Below are positions 1 through 7,787 of a DNA stretch of 14,202 bases, in pieces. Position 1 is the stretch's first letter. Every line of letters starts with the position of its first letter. The notes under the pieces are model-generated. The model was not told the origin of the DNA. It made no database searches and saw only the letters and a list, made by a program, of their open reading frames with translations. A program made the translations under genes and the position numbers. Source of the DNA: Candidatus Altiarchaeales archaeon IMC4 (GTDB taxonomy: Archaea; Altiarchaeota; Altiarchaeia; IMC4); the NCBI GenBank assembly GCA_001742785.1, contig MCBF01000001.1:443862-458063 (forward strand), in the 5' to 3' direction.

Positions 1-105
1 GTGTCCCCGTTTGTCAAAACAAACGTGGATTAATTATGCAATTCGCTATATATGATTTCACCACAGTCCATTTTGCTTTGTGCAAAAGGGGCTGCTCGTA
101 TAACT

Positions 106-132
106 CGCAGAAAACGCGGAGTGTGCAGAGAA
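106..132 (+). repeat. Degenerate 9-mer tandem repeat (cgcagaaaa/cgcggagtg/tgcagagaa), left arm of an imperfect inverted repeat with 2374-2396
   Basis: Read directly. 106-123 CGCAGAAAACGCGGAGTG aligns with the reverse complement of 2375-2391, CGCAGAGACGCGGAGCG. Confidence 0.6.
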
Positions 133-1850
133 TGAAAATGAATGATGTTTTTTCGGGTAAAAAGGAATTGCTTGAAGCTGCGTTGAATCCTGAGTGTTGT
201 GATTTGGTGGTTGAGGGGAATTTAGTGAATGTGTTGACCGGGGAGATTTATGAAGGCTGTGTTGGTGTAAAGCATGGGAAAATTGTTTATGTTGGGAATG
301 AGGAGATAAAAAACAGAAATTTAATTAAAACCTCTTATTACGTGGTTCCGAGTTTTATTGATGGTCATGTTCATATTGAGAGCAGCATGCTTCCGCCAAG
401 TGAGTTTGCTAAAATCGCTGTTTTGCATGGGACCTGTGCGGTTGTTGCTGACCCGCATGAGATCGCTAATGTTCTTGGAGTTTCCGGAATAAAATTTATG
501 CTTTCTGATTCCCGTAATCTTCCGGTGGATTTTTATTTTAATGTTCCGTCATGTGTTCCTTCAACTGAAATGTTTGAGACTTCAGGGGAAATAAGTGCTG
601 TTGAAATGAAAAAATTAAAAAAAATGGATCGAATTATCGGGCTTGGGGAAGTAATGAATTTTCCGGGAGTCTTAAACTGCGATAAAAAACTTGCTGAAAA
701 AATACGGGTTTTCGACAGCATGGTTGTTGACGGCCACTGCCCGGGGCTTATTGGAAGAAAACTTAACGCGTATTCGGTTTACTGTCACTCTGATCATGAG
801 TCAACAAATTATGAGGAAGCCGTTGAAAAACTAAGGATCGGGATGTGGCTTATGATCCGCGAGGGATCAGCTGCAAAAAACATGTCAATACTAAAAGATA
901 TAATAAGAAACGGCATTGACACAAGAAGATGTATGATTGTGACGGATGATATTCATGCGGACGACCTTTCTTTAGGACATCTTAACCTTCGGCTTAGTAA
1001 GGCAGTTGAAATCGGCGCCGATCCAGTAGATGCGATAAGAATGACCACATTAAACACCGCAGAATATTTTAATCTGAAAAACCTTGGCTCGATAAGCATC
1101 GGAAAAGACGCGAATATTTCAATCGTGAAAGACCTTAAAAATTTCAGGGTCGAAAAAGTTTTTTTTAAGGGAAAACTTGCTTCAAGTAATGGAAACCTGA
1201 CAGTTAAAATAAAAAAAACAAAAACAAAATTTAAAAATGTGATGAATGTGAATAAAAATTTTAGTTTTAAAATCCCGGCCAAAGAAAAAACAAACACACG
1301 GGTAATAAAAATAATTGAAGGAGAAATCCGGACAAAAGAAATAATCAAGGAAATAAAACCAAAAAACAACAGCCTTGAAAGCAACACCGCAAAAGACATA
1401 ATAAAAATTTCAGTCATAGACCGACACAAAGGAATAAATTACTCAAACGCTTTCGTAACAGGTTTCGGAATAAAAAAAGGCGCAATAGCCTCAACAATAG
1501 CACATGACGCACACAACATCATCGTAATCGGAGCAGACGACGAAAGCATGAAAAAAGCAGTCAATGAACTAATAAGAATACACGGAGGAATAGCAGTAGC
1601 CGGAGAAAAAATTTACTCCCTGCCCCTCCCAATCGCAGGACTGATGAGCAACAACACAAAAGAAGTAATACAAAAACTTAAAGTATTAAACAAAGAAGCG
1701 ACTAAGCTTGGAGTGAAAATCCATTCACCGTTTATGACATTATCTTTTTTAGCTCTTCCGGTAATTCCGGAATTAAAGATAACAGATAAGGGTCTTGTAG
1801 ATGTGAGAAAATTCAAGTTCACCGATTTAATAATAAAAAACTTTAATTAA
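132..1850 (+). CDS. ade: Adenine deaminase (amidohydrolase superfamily, AdeC type)
   Basis: Motifs FIDGHVHIESS, ADPHEIANV, GLGEVMNFPGV, DGHCPG, SDHES, IREGSAAKN, VTDD, HDAHN and C-terminal LALPVIPELKITDKGLVDV. The ORF track starts at 36, but family-like sequence begins at ATG 132 (or 138). Confidence 0.95.
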   Translation: MKMNDVFSGKKELLEAALNPECCDLVVEGNLVNVLTGEIYEGCVGVKHGKIVYVGNEEIKNRNLIKTSYYVVPSFIDGHVHIESSMLPPSEFAKIAVLHGTCAVVADPHEIANVLGVSGIKFMLSDSRNLPVDFYFNVPSCVPSTEMFETSGEISAVEMKKLKKMDRIIGLGEVMNFPGVLNCDKKLAEKIRVFDSMVVDGHCPGLIGRKLNAYSVYCHSDHESTNYEEAVEKLRIGMWLMIREGSAAKNMSILKDIIRNGIDTRRCMIVTDDIHADDLSLGHLNLRLSKAVEIGADPVDAIRMTTLNTAEYFNLKNLGSISIGKDANISIVKDLKNFRVEKVFFKGKLASSNGNLTVKIKKTKTKFKNVMNVNKNFSFKIPAKEKTNTRVIKIIEGEIRTKEIIKEIKPKNNSLESNTAKDIIKISVIDRHKGINYSNAFVTGFGIKKGAIASTIAHDAHNIIVIGADDESMKKAVNELIRIHGGIAVAGEKIYSLPLPIAGLMSNNTKEVIQKLKVLNKEATKLGVKIHSPFMTLSFLALPVIPELKITDKGLVDVRKFKFTDLIIKNFN

Positions 1851-1876
1851 TGATTCCTTCAAACCACTCGATTATA

Positions 1877-2368
1877 ATGAACAAAACAAAAACCAGAAAA
1901 ATCGGAGCAATAGCACTCGTTGTTTTAGGTATTTTGATATTCGTAGCTTATTCCATTCATCTTATATTGTTCAAACTTTCATTACCTCCCTACTCAGTCC
2001 AGACAGAAGGAAAATATGTTGCCTATGGTTTGGAAGTCTGGGGCTTTCTTTGGTCCATACCTGTTGTTGTTTCTCTATTTTTATTAGCCTATTTAATTTA
2101 TCCCTCAAAATTTGAGAGATCTTCCACAATGGCAAATGTATTATTTATGCTGCTTGCTATCGGAGGGTTCGGAATAACTGCTGTATTAGTTGCCCTTGCG
2201 ATTATCAATAATTTTCCATCAACAGATTACATCTTAATGTTTATATTGGGACTCATTATTATGACATCACCCTTTTGGATAGTGGGAATCCTGGCTTTGT
2301 CTGCATTTAAGAAAGAGAGATTTGAGAAAATGAAAAGGGAGCATAAGCCAATATATGAATCCAAATAG
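1877..2368 (+). CDS. Hypothetical integral membrane protein (about 4 TM helices)
   Basis: Four hydrophobic stretches with basic N- and C-termini; AT-rich. Start is ATG 1877, or 1850 which overlaps the ade stop. Confidence 0.75.
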   Translation: MNKTKTRKIGAIALVVLGILIFVAYSIHLILFKLSLPPYSVQTEGKYVAYGLEVWGFLWSIPVVVSLFLLAYLIYPSKFERSSTMANVLFMLLAIGGFGITAVLVALAIINNFPSTDYILMFILGLIIMTSPFWIVGILALSAFKKERFEKMKREHKPIYESK

Positions 2369-2373
2369 ATATT

Positions 2374-2396
2374 GCGCTCCGCGTCTCTGCGGTGAA
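2374..2396 (-). repeat. GCGCTCCGCGTCTCTGCGGTGAA, right arm of the imperfect inverted repeat
   Basis: GC-rich motif in the short spacer between the membrane-protein stop (2368) and the apgM start (2412); inverted match to 106-123. Confidence 0.6.
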
Positions 2397-2411
2397 CGAT
2401 ACGAACAAAGA

Positions 2412-3587
2412 ATGAAACACATTCTAATCTTGGGCGACGGGATGGCCGACCGGCCGCTTTCTGAGCTTGGCGGGAAGACCCCGCTTGAGGCCGCAAGAAC
2501 CCCTAACATGGACTTCATCGCAAAAAACGGAAAATGCGGCCTCTTGAAAACCCTGTCCGGCGACATGCCCCTCGGAAGCGACATCGCGAACATGTCGATC
2601 TTAGGATACGACCCGAAAAAGTACTACACCGGGGGCCGCGGCCCGATAGAGGCGGCGAGCATGGGGATAAAACTTGGGAAGGACGAGACGGCATTCAGGT
2701 GCAACCTCGTTACCGTTGAAAATGGAATAATGAAAGATTACAGCGGCGGGCAGGTGTCAAAAAAAGAATCCATGGAGATTATCGATTTCCTGAATAATCG
2801 CCTTGCACGAGAGGGTATCCAGTTCTACTCGGGGGTAGGCTACCGCAACATTATGGTTGCAAAAGGCGATTTTAATGTTGAGTGCGCCCCTCCGCACGAC
2901 ATCATCGGCGAAAAAATATCGCTTAACATGGCGAAGGGGAAAGACCCTGCTTTGCTGAACGAACTGATGCTAAAATCCCAGCAACTTCTGTCCGGCCACG
3001 AGGTGAACAAAAAACGCATCAAAAAAGGGATTCAGCCTGCGAACATGATATGGCTTTGGGGCGGCGGGAAAAGACCGCAGCTGCCTCCTTTCAAGGAAAA
3101 ATTCCACATGGACGGCGCAATGATTTCTGCCGTAGATTTGCTCAAGGGCATCGCAAAATCCGCGGGCATGGACGTGATAGAAGTCCCGGGGGCGACCGCG
3201 TATCTGGATACGAATTACAAGGGAAAGGCCGATTATGCGGTAAATGCCCTTGAAGACCACGATTTCGTCTACTTGCATATCGAGGCGCCGGACGAGGCGT
3301 CGCACGAAGGAAACCTCGCCGAAAAGATAAAGGCGATTGAAAAAGTGGATTGGGTTGCAGGGCGCGTAATGAAAAAGATGGACGGCGACTTTTCGATAGC
3401 GGTGCTCCCGGACCACGCGACCCCGATTGAGGTAAAAACCCACACCTCGGAGCCGGTGCCGTTTGCGATATACTCGACCAGGAAAGAAGGCGACAGGGTG
3501 CAAGAGTTCAGCGAGAAAGCCGCGAAAGGCGGAATCTACGGCTTGAGGCAGGGGATTGAATTTATGGATTTGTTTCTAAGTAAATGA
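2412..3587 (+). CDS. apgM: Cofactor-independent phosphoglycerate mutase family protein (ApgM / alkaline phosphatase superfamily)
   Basis: GDGMAD, KTPLEAARTPNMD, GSDIANMSILGYDP (catalytic Ser), GRGPIEAAS, HIEAPDEASHEG, PDHATP, HTSEPVPF. Start taken as ATG 2412 (MKHILILGDG). Confidence 0.92.
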   Translation: MKHILILGDGMADRPLSELGGKTPLEAARTPNMDFIAKNGKCGLLKTLSGDMPLGSDIANMSILGYDPKKYYTGGRGPIEAASMGIKLGKDETAFRCNLVTVENGIMKDYSGGQVSKKESMEIIDFLNNRLAREGIQFYSGVGYRNIMVAKGDFNVECAPPHDIIGEKISLNMAKGKDPALLNELMLKSQQLLSGHEVNKKRIKKGIQPANMIWLWGGGKRPQLPPFKEKFHMDGAMISAVDLLKGIAKSAGMDVIEVPGATAYLDTNYKGKADYAVNALEDHDFVYLHIEAPDEASHEGNLAEKIKAIEKVDWVAGRVMKKMDGDFSIAVLPDHATPIEVKTHTSEPVPFAIYSTRKEGDRVQEFSEKAAKGGIYGLRQGIEFMDLFLSK

Positions 3588-4645
3588 CAACAACAATGAT
3601 AAAGGACAAAATAAACCCGCGGGTGCGCAATCTGCCTGCTTACGTGGCGGGCGTGCAAAGAGAGGGCACGATTCGCCTGATGTCAAACGAGAATAACTAC
3701 GGGGCTTCGCAGAGGGTCATGAGGGCGGTTGAAAAGGCGAACATCAATCTGTACACCGACCCAACATACTTCGAACTATGCAAAAAGATTGCGGATTACT
3801 GCGGCGTGAAGCCAGAGAACATAATCCCGGCAAACGGCTCCGACGAGGCGATGGACTTCATCGGGAAGGTTTTTCTCTGTGAAGGCGACGAGGTTCTTTC
3901 GGTCAGCCCGACGTTTTCCATGTACAGGATAGTTGCGATGATGTATGGGGCCAAGTACAATGAGGTTCCGCTTGAGGCGGATTTTTCATTTGATGCCGAA
4001 AGGTTCATCGGTTCGATAAACGAAAATACAAAACTGGTATTCCTCGCTAACCCGAACAACCCGACCGGCACGCAGATTGACAGAAAAGACATAAAGAATA
4101 TTCTGAAATCCACGGACGCTCTTGTCGTTATCGACGAGGCATACGCAGAGTTTTCGGGCGAAAGCGTCGCGGATTTAGCAGGGGAATACAAAAACCTGAT
4201 TGTAACCAGAACCTTCTCAAAAGCGTTCGGGCTTGCCGGCGCGCGGCTCGGGTATATCATCTGGGGCAGTGCGCAAACACAGATTATAAACCTCGTCCGC
4301 CAGCCTTGGAACATATCCTCGTTCACCAATGCCGCAGGCATCTCCGCTCTTGGTGATGTTAGGTATATGCAGGGCTGCGTGGGCAAAATAAGATCCGACC
4401 GAAAGCGGATGGCTGATGCGCTGAAAAAATCGGGGTTCGGGGTTTTCCCGTCCGGCGCGAACTTCCTGTTCGTGGATGTGAGCCCCATGAGTTCCGATTC
4501 GTTCTTCGACAAGATGCTGGAAAATAAGATTGTCGTGAGGAAATTCGGGAAGATTGCGGGCTTCGGCGGCGATTATGTCCGGATAACCGTGGGAACAACC
4601 GAAGAAACAGATAAGTTTATCTCTGCATTAGGGTCGCTTAGGTGA
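3584..4645 (+). CDS. hisC: Histidinol-phosphate aminotransferase (class II PLP aminotransferase)
   Basis: SNEN, NGSDE, PTFSMY, NPNNPTG, IDEAY, RTFSKAFGLAGARLGY (PLP lysine), VRITVGT. ATGA overlap with apgM. A CobD-like function cannot be fully excluded. Confidence 0.88.
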   Translation: MTTTMIKDKINPRVRNLPAYVAGVQREGTIRLMSNENNYGASQRVMRAVEKANINLYTDPTYFELCKKIADYCGVKPENIIPANGSDEAMDFIGKVFLCEGDEVLSVSPTFSMYRIVAMMYGAKYNEVPLEADFSFDAERFIGSINENTKLVFLANPNNPTGTQIDRKDIKNILKSTDALVVIDEAYAEFSGESVADLAGEYKNLIVTRTFSKAFGLAGARLGYIIWGSAQTQIINLVRQPWNISSFTNAAGISALGDVRYMQGCVGKIRSDRKRMADALKKSGFGVFPSGANFLFVDVSPMSSDSFFDKMLENKIVVRKFGKIAGFGGDYVRITVGTTEETDKFISALGSLR

Positions 4646-4646
4646 T

Positions 4647-4712
4647 TTATTGCACCCCGATAATCTTGTGCAGCTGCGGGATGACCCTGACGTTTAGGTT
4701 GTCCTTTTCCAG
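4647..4712 (-). pseudogene. queE: Orphan copy of the queE 3' end (LEKDNLNVRVIPQLHKIIGVQ*)
   Basis: Minus-strand translation matches the QueE C-terminus DNLDVRVIPQLHKIIGVA*. Its TAA lies 1 bp from the hisC stop. Confidence 0.9.
4654..4688. repeat. 35-bp perfect direct repeat, copy 1 (ACCCCGATAATCTTGTGCAGCTGCGGGATGACCCT)
   Basis: Identical to 5796-5830. Confidence 0.97.
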
Positions 4713-5790
4713 ATTACTATTTTCACTGCACTCAGATGTTTTAATCTGACCAAGTCACCATATTTAAGAGAATATTCGAAATAAACATGAACATGAATAC
4801 CATTATCCATAATGAATTCCTTGGAGAAAAGATTTTATTCACCTCGGAAGCAATAGCAAAATACACAGAAATCCGTCCTGGTTCCCCACTGTCTATAAAT
4901 AAAACCGACAAAGGAACCTTTATAGTTACTGATAAACATTTTATTTTCATCTTTGACAGCAAAGGATTATGGTTGAGGTATATACTAACATCCTCTTTTC
5001 TCCTCTTAATAAGCTTTTTAATATGCCTTCTCGCATATACCTCGCCCGTCACTGGTAAATTAGAAGCGACCCTTTTTATGTTCTTTCTTGTTGGTGTTTA
5101 CATGATCCTAAATGCGAGGGAGATTAAGAAAGGTATCGAATTTATTTGGGCGCGCAATGTGGCGAAATATCAAATTTACGAGAAAGACAAACGCATAACT
5201 TTTTCTGGTCCTGGGGAAAATAAGATAACAAAGAGGTATCTTAATTTTGGTTTTATATCGATCATACCAGAAAAGAGATTTAGGTCTCTAATCGAAATCA
5301 TTGACATGGATATTGCTGCCTTGTTAAAGGAAGACTTAAAAGATAGAAAGACAGATTGGAAAAAAGTATCAACTTCCACTTCAAAATATCGCAACCCAAA
5401 AGACCTATTTCTTTTTCTTCTGCAGAGATTAGAACAAGAAGGGGGGATAGGCAACCATGTAACATTTGAAAACAAAGGAAAAAGAGAGTGGGTTCAAGTA
5501 GCGTTTGGTAAGGAAACCGGGATTAATTTTAGTTACCCCTATGATGATGAACCGACAGAATTACTTTCAAGGAAAGGAATACTCTTCCCTCAAGATTATG
5601 TCATTTCAGATTGGGAAAAACGAAAATTTGCAACGTTTGCTGGTCCAAAGTGCCCACATGAGAAACTTGCGGACATAATTGATTTAATATTTAGGAGATT
5701 GCTAAATGCTCCCTCTGATTATGTAGTAGAAGGACATATAGAGTAAAGGTTTTCTGGGGCAGAAACGCCTAATATTCGCTGATGTAATCT
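4711..5790. mobile_element. Putative AT-rich one-gene insertion at the queE 3' end, with no recombinase encoded
   Basis: Bounded by the duplicated queE end. Visibly AT-richer than its flanks. Inner ends read AGATTAC (4711-4717) and GTAATCT (5784-5790). Confidence 0.6.
4787..5746 (+). CDS. Hypothetical membrane-anchored protein (2 TM helices plus a soluble C-terminal domain)
   Basis: 319-aa ORF with a hydrophobic hairpin at about aa 62-108. ATTTAAG at 4762-4768 upstream. No family recognised with confidence. Confidence 0.8.
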   Translation: MNMNTIIHNEFLGEKILFTSEAIAKYTEIRPGSPLSINKTDKGTFIVTDKHFIFIFDSKGLWLRYILTSSFLLLISFLICLLAYTSPVTGKLEATLFMFFLVGVYMILNAREIKKGIEFIWARNVAKYQIYEKDKRITFSGPGENKITKRYLNFGFISIIPEKRFRSLIEIIDMDIAALLKEDLKDRKTDWKKVSTSTSKYRNPKDLFLFLLQRLEQEGGIGNHVTFENKGKREWVQVAFGKETGINFSYPYDDEPTELLSRKGILFPQDYVISDWEKRKFATFAGPKCPHEKLADIIDLIFRRLLNAPSDYVVEGHIE

Positions 5791-6394
5791 AAGCAACCCC
5801 GATAATCTTGTGCAGCTGCGGGATGACCCTCACATCCAGATTATCCTCAAGAACCCACCCGCACAGTTTTTTCGCGTCAGTCCCGTGCGCCGGCTGGAGT
5901 ATGATGTCCGCCCTGCAAGGCCATATTTTCTTTGCGAATTCATAGTCATTCCTATCAGCAATCACAACCTTCAGCTGGTCCTTCTTTTTCAGTTTTTCGA
6001 TTATTCTCAAATCGCTTTTTTCCCCGGAACTCGGCGGCTTCGCATCCATCGAAACGCATCCCACCTGCCCGAAGATTTCGCGGTCGTAAAAACTGCCGTT
6101 GGTTTCAAGGACAATCTCGTATCTGTTTTTTTTCAGTTCCCTGACCAGTTTTCTGAGCCCTTCCATCTGGAGCATCGGCTCCCCGCCAGTGATGCATACT
6201 GATTTGCAATCATATTTTTCAATATCTTTTATTATATCGCTAACTGGCATTTCTTTGCCGCCGCTTCCACGTGCATATGAAGAATCACACCATTTACAGT
6301 GCATATTGCATCCTTGCGTCCTGATGAAAACCTGCGGCTTTCCGGCGTATTTTCCCTCACCCTGTATGCTAAAAAATATCTCGTTGATTTTCAA
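5789..6394 (-). CDS. queE: 7-carboxy-7-deazaguanine synthase QueE (radical SAM)
   Basis: EIFFSIQGEG, FIRTQGCNMHCKWCDS (CxxxCxxC), ITGGEP, LETNG, C-terminal PQLHK. TTG start. Confidence 0.9.
   Translation of the reverse strand: MKINEIFFSIQGEGKYAGKPQVFIRTQGCNMHCKWCDSSYARGSGGKEMPVSDIIKDIEKYDCKSVCITGGEPMLQMEGLRKLVRELKKNRYEIVLETNGSFYDREIFGQVGCVSMDAKPPSSGEKSDLRIIEKLKKKDQLKVVIADRNDYEFAKKIWPCRADIILQPAHGTDAKKLCGWVLEDNLDVRVIPQLHKIIGVA
5796..5830. repeat. 35-bp perfect direct repeat, copy 2 (inside the queE 3' end)
   Basis: Identical to 4654-4688. Confidence 0.97.
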
Positions 6395-6431
6395 TTTGAA
6401 TATAAGAGATTGTGGTACATAATCTTAAATA
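6395..6431. promoter_or_regulatory. 37-bp divergent promoter region for queE and cca
   Basis: TATAAG at 6401-6406 (+), 26-31 nt before the cca ATG. ATTTAAG at 6424-6430 (-), 30-36 nt before the queE TTG. Imperfect palindrome AGATTGTG-gta-CATAATCT between them. Confidence 0.55.
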
Positions 6432-7787
6432 ATGGACAAACTCCTCAAACAGGTTCTGGAGAAGATTACCCCGTCTAGAGAGGAAGAAGAGCGCGAGCAG
6501 GGAATAGCGAAAAAGGTCATGAAACTCATCGAGAACCTCGGCTTTAAGTCGGTCCTTGTCGGCTCCCTTGCAAAAGGCACCGACCTGAAAGGAGACAAGG
6601 ATATCGACATTTTTGTAATTTTTCCAAGGGAAACCGAAAGAGACGATCTTGAGGAAAAGGGCCTCGATATCGCAAAAAAGGTGTTCGAAAAATTAGGTGT
6701 CAAGTGCGAGATAGATTATGCGGAGCACCCCTACGCGAAGGGGCAATACCGAAAATATGTCATCGAGATCGTCCCATGCCAGGCAGGGATGGGCACGGGC
6801 TCCGCGGTTGACAGGACTCCGTACCATACGGCATATGTGCGCAAAAAGATTGCAAAAAACCGCACCTTTCCGGGCGAGGTGCGCCTGCTCAAGCAGTTCA
6901 TGAAGGGCGCGGGGGTCTATGGCGCAGAAGAGAAAACCAAGGGCTTTTCCGGCTATCTGGCGGAACTTCTGGTTATAGAATACGGCTCTTTCGCCAACGT
7001 CTTAAATGCCGCTTCAAAGTGGCGCTTCGGGCAGGCGATAGACCCCGAACACCAGTGGAAAAACACGGAGCATTTGAAATATTTCTTCACCGGGGCGTCC
7101 CTCGTAGTGGTCGACCCGACGGACATGAACCGCAACGTTGCCGCTGCAGTTTCAATGCAGAAGATGGCCGAGTTCATGGCGGCGTGCAGGGGGGTTCTTG
7201 AAAATCGTACAATAGACTTCTTCTTCCCGAAAAAAGAGAAGGTGCCTAAAGCGAACGAGATAGGAAGGGCTATAAAATCCCGCGGGACAAAACTTCTTGC
7301 GGTTTCCATGAAGCACGAAAAAATCAACCTTAACATACTTTACGGCCAGCTTAGGAAAACGGAAAAATCCCTGCGCAAGGAAATCGAGCATTACGGTTTC
7401 AGGGTTATGAAATCCAGATTCTGGACAGACGAGTCCGGCCATTCCATGATAATCTTAGAATTCGAGGTCTGGGAGCTTCCGAAGACTGAGCACAGGGTCG
7501 GGCCGTCGCTTGATATGGACGCAAGAAACAGGGATGATTTCATGAAAAAGTACGAATCCGACAACCCGTACATCGAGGACGGGCGCCTTGCGGTGGACAC
7601 CCAAAGGAGATTCACGAAAGCCGAGGACGTAATCAAAAAGATAATCGAAGAAGAGCGGGGGATCGGAAAAGACCTCAAGGGCGCAAAATTCAGGATTCTG
7701 GAGGGTAAGGAAATCATGAACGCCTCAGATGACATCATGGCGTTCCTCGGGGGGTTCCTCTCGATTACTGCCCCCACTGGCTCTTGA
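6432..7787 (+). CDS. cca: Archaeal class I CCA-adding enzyme (tRNA nucleotidyltransferase)
   Basis: GSLAKGTDLKGDKDIDIF nucleotidyltransferase signature, YAEHPY, SAVDRTPYH, GFSGYLAELL, VDPTDMNRNVAAA. Confidence 0.95.
   Translation: MDKLLKQVLEKITPSREEEEREQGIAKKVMKLIENLGFKSVLVGSLAKGTDLKGDKDIDIFVIFPRETERDDLEEKGLDIAKKVFEKLGVKCEIDYAEHPYAKGQYRKYVIEIVPCQAGMGTGSAVDRTPYHTAYVRKKIAKNRTFPGEVRLLKQFMKGAGVYGAEEKTKGFSGYLAELLVIEYGSFANVLNAASKWRFGQAIDPEHQWKNTEHLKYFFTGASLVVVDPTDMNRNVAAAVSMQKMAEFMAACRGVLENRTIDFFFPKKEKVPKANEIGRAIKSRGTKLLAVSMKHEKINLNILYGQLRKTEKSLRKEIEHYGFRVMKSRFWTDESGHSMIILEFEVWELPKTEHRVGPSLDMDARNRDDFMKKYESDNPYIEDGRLAVDTQRRFTKAEDVIKKIIEEERGIGKDLKGAKFRILEGKEIMNASDDIMAFLGGFLSITAPTGS

Noticed and set aside
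36..131. N-terminal extension of the ade ORF
   Set aside because: Not family-like and runs through hairpin and repeat DNA; ATG 132 or 138 fits better.
4771..5778. AATATTCG repeated at 4771 and 5771
   Set aside because: An 8-bp AT-rich match is plausible by chance and it does not sit at the insert boundaries.
5766..5790. GCCTAAT after the cargo gene as an integron attC R'' site
   Set aside because: It mismatches RYYYAAC, there is no matching GTTRRRY arm or attC-like stem, and no integron integrase is present.
4654..5830. 35-bp repeat as a CRISPR repeat
   Set aside because: Only two copies about 1.1 kb apart, the sequence is protein-coding, and there are no cas genes.
4647..5850. queE end duplication as a DGR template/variable repeat pair
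   Set aside because: Mismatches are not adenine-specific (C/T, C/G and G/T changes occur) and there is no reverse transcriptase in the window.
5789..6394. queE as part of a 7-deazaguanine DNA-modification (dpd) island
   Set aside because: No dpdA, queC, queD or folE nearby. The divergent pairing with cca fits ordinary archaeosine/tRNA metabolism.
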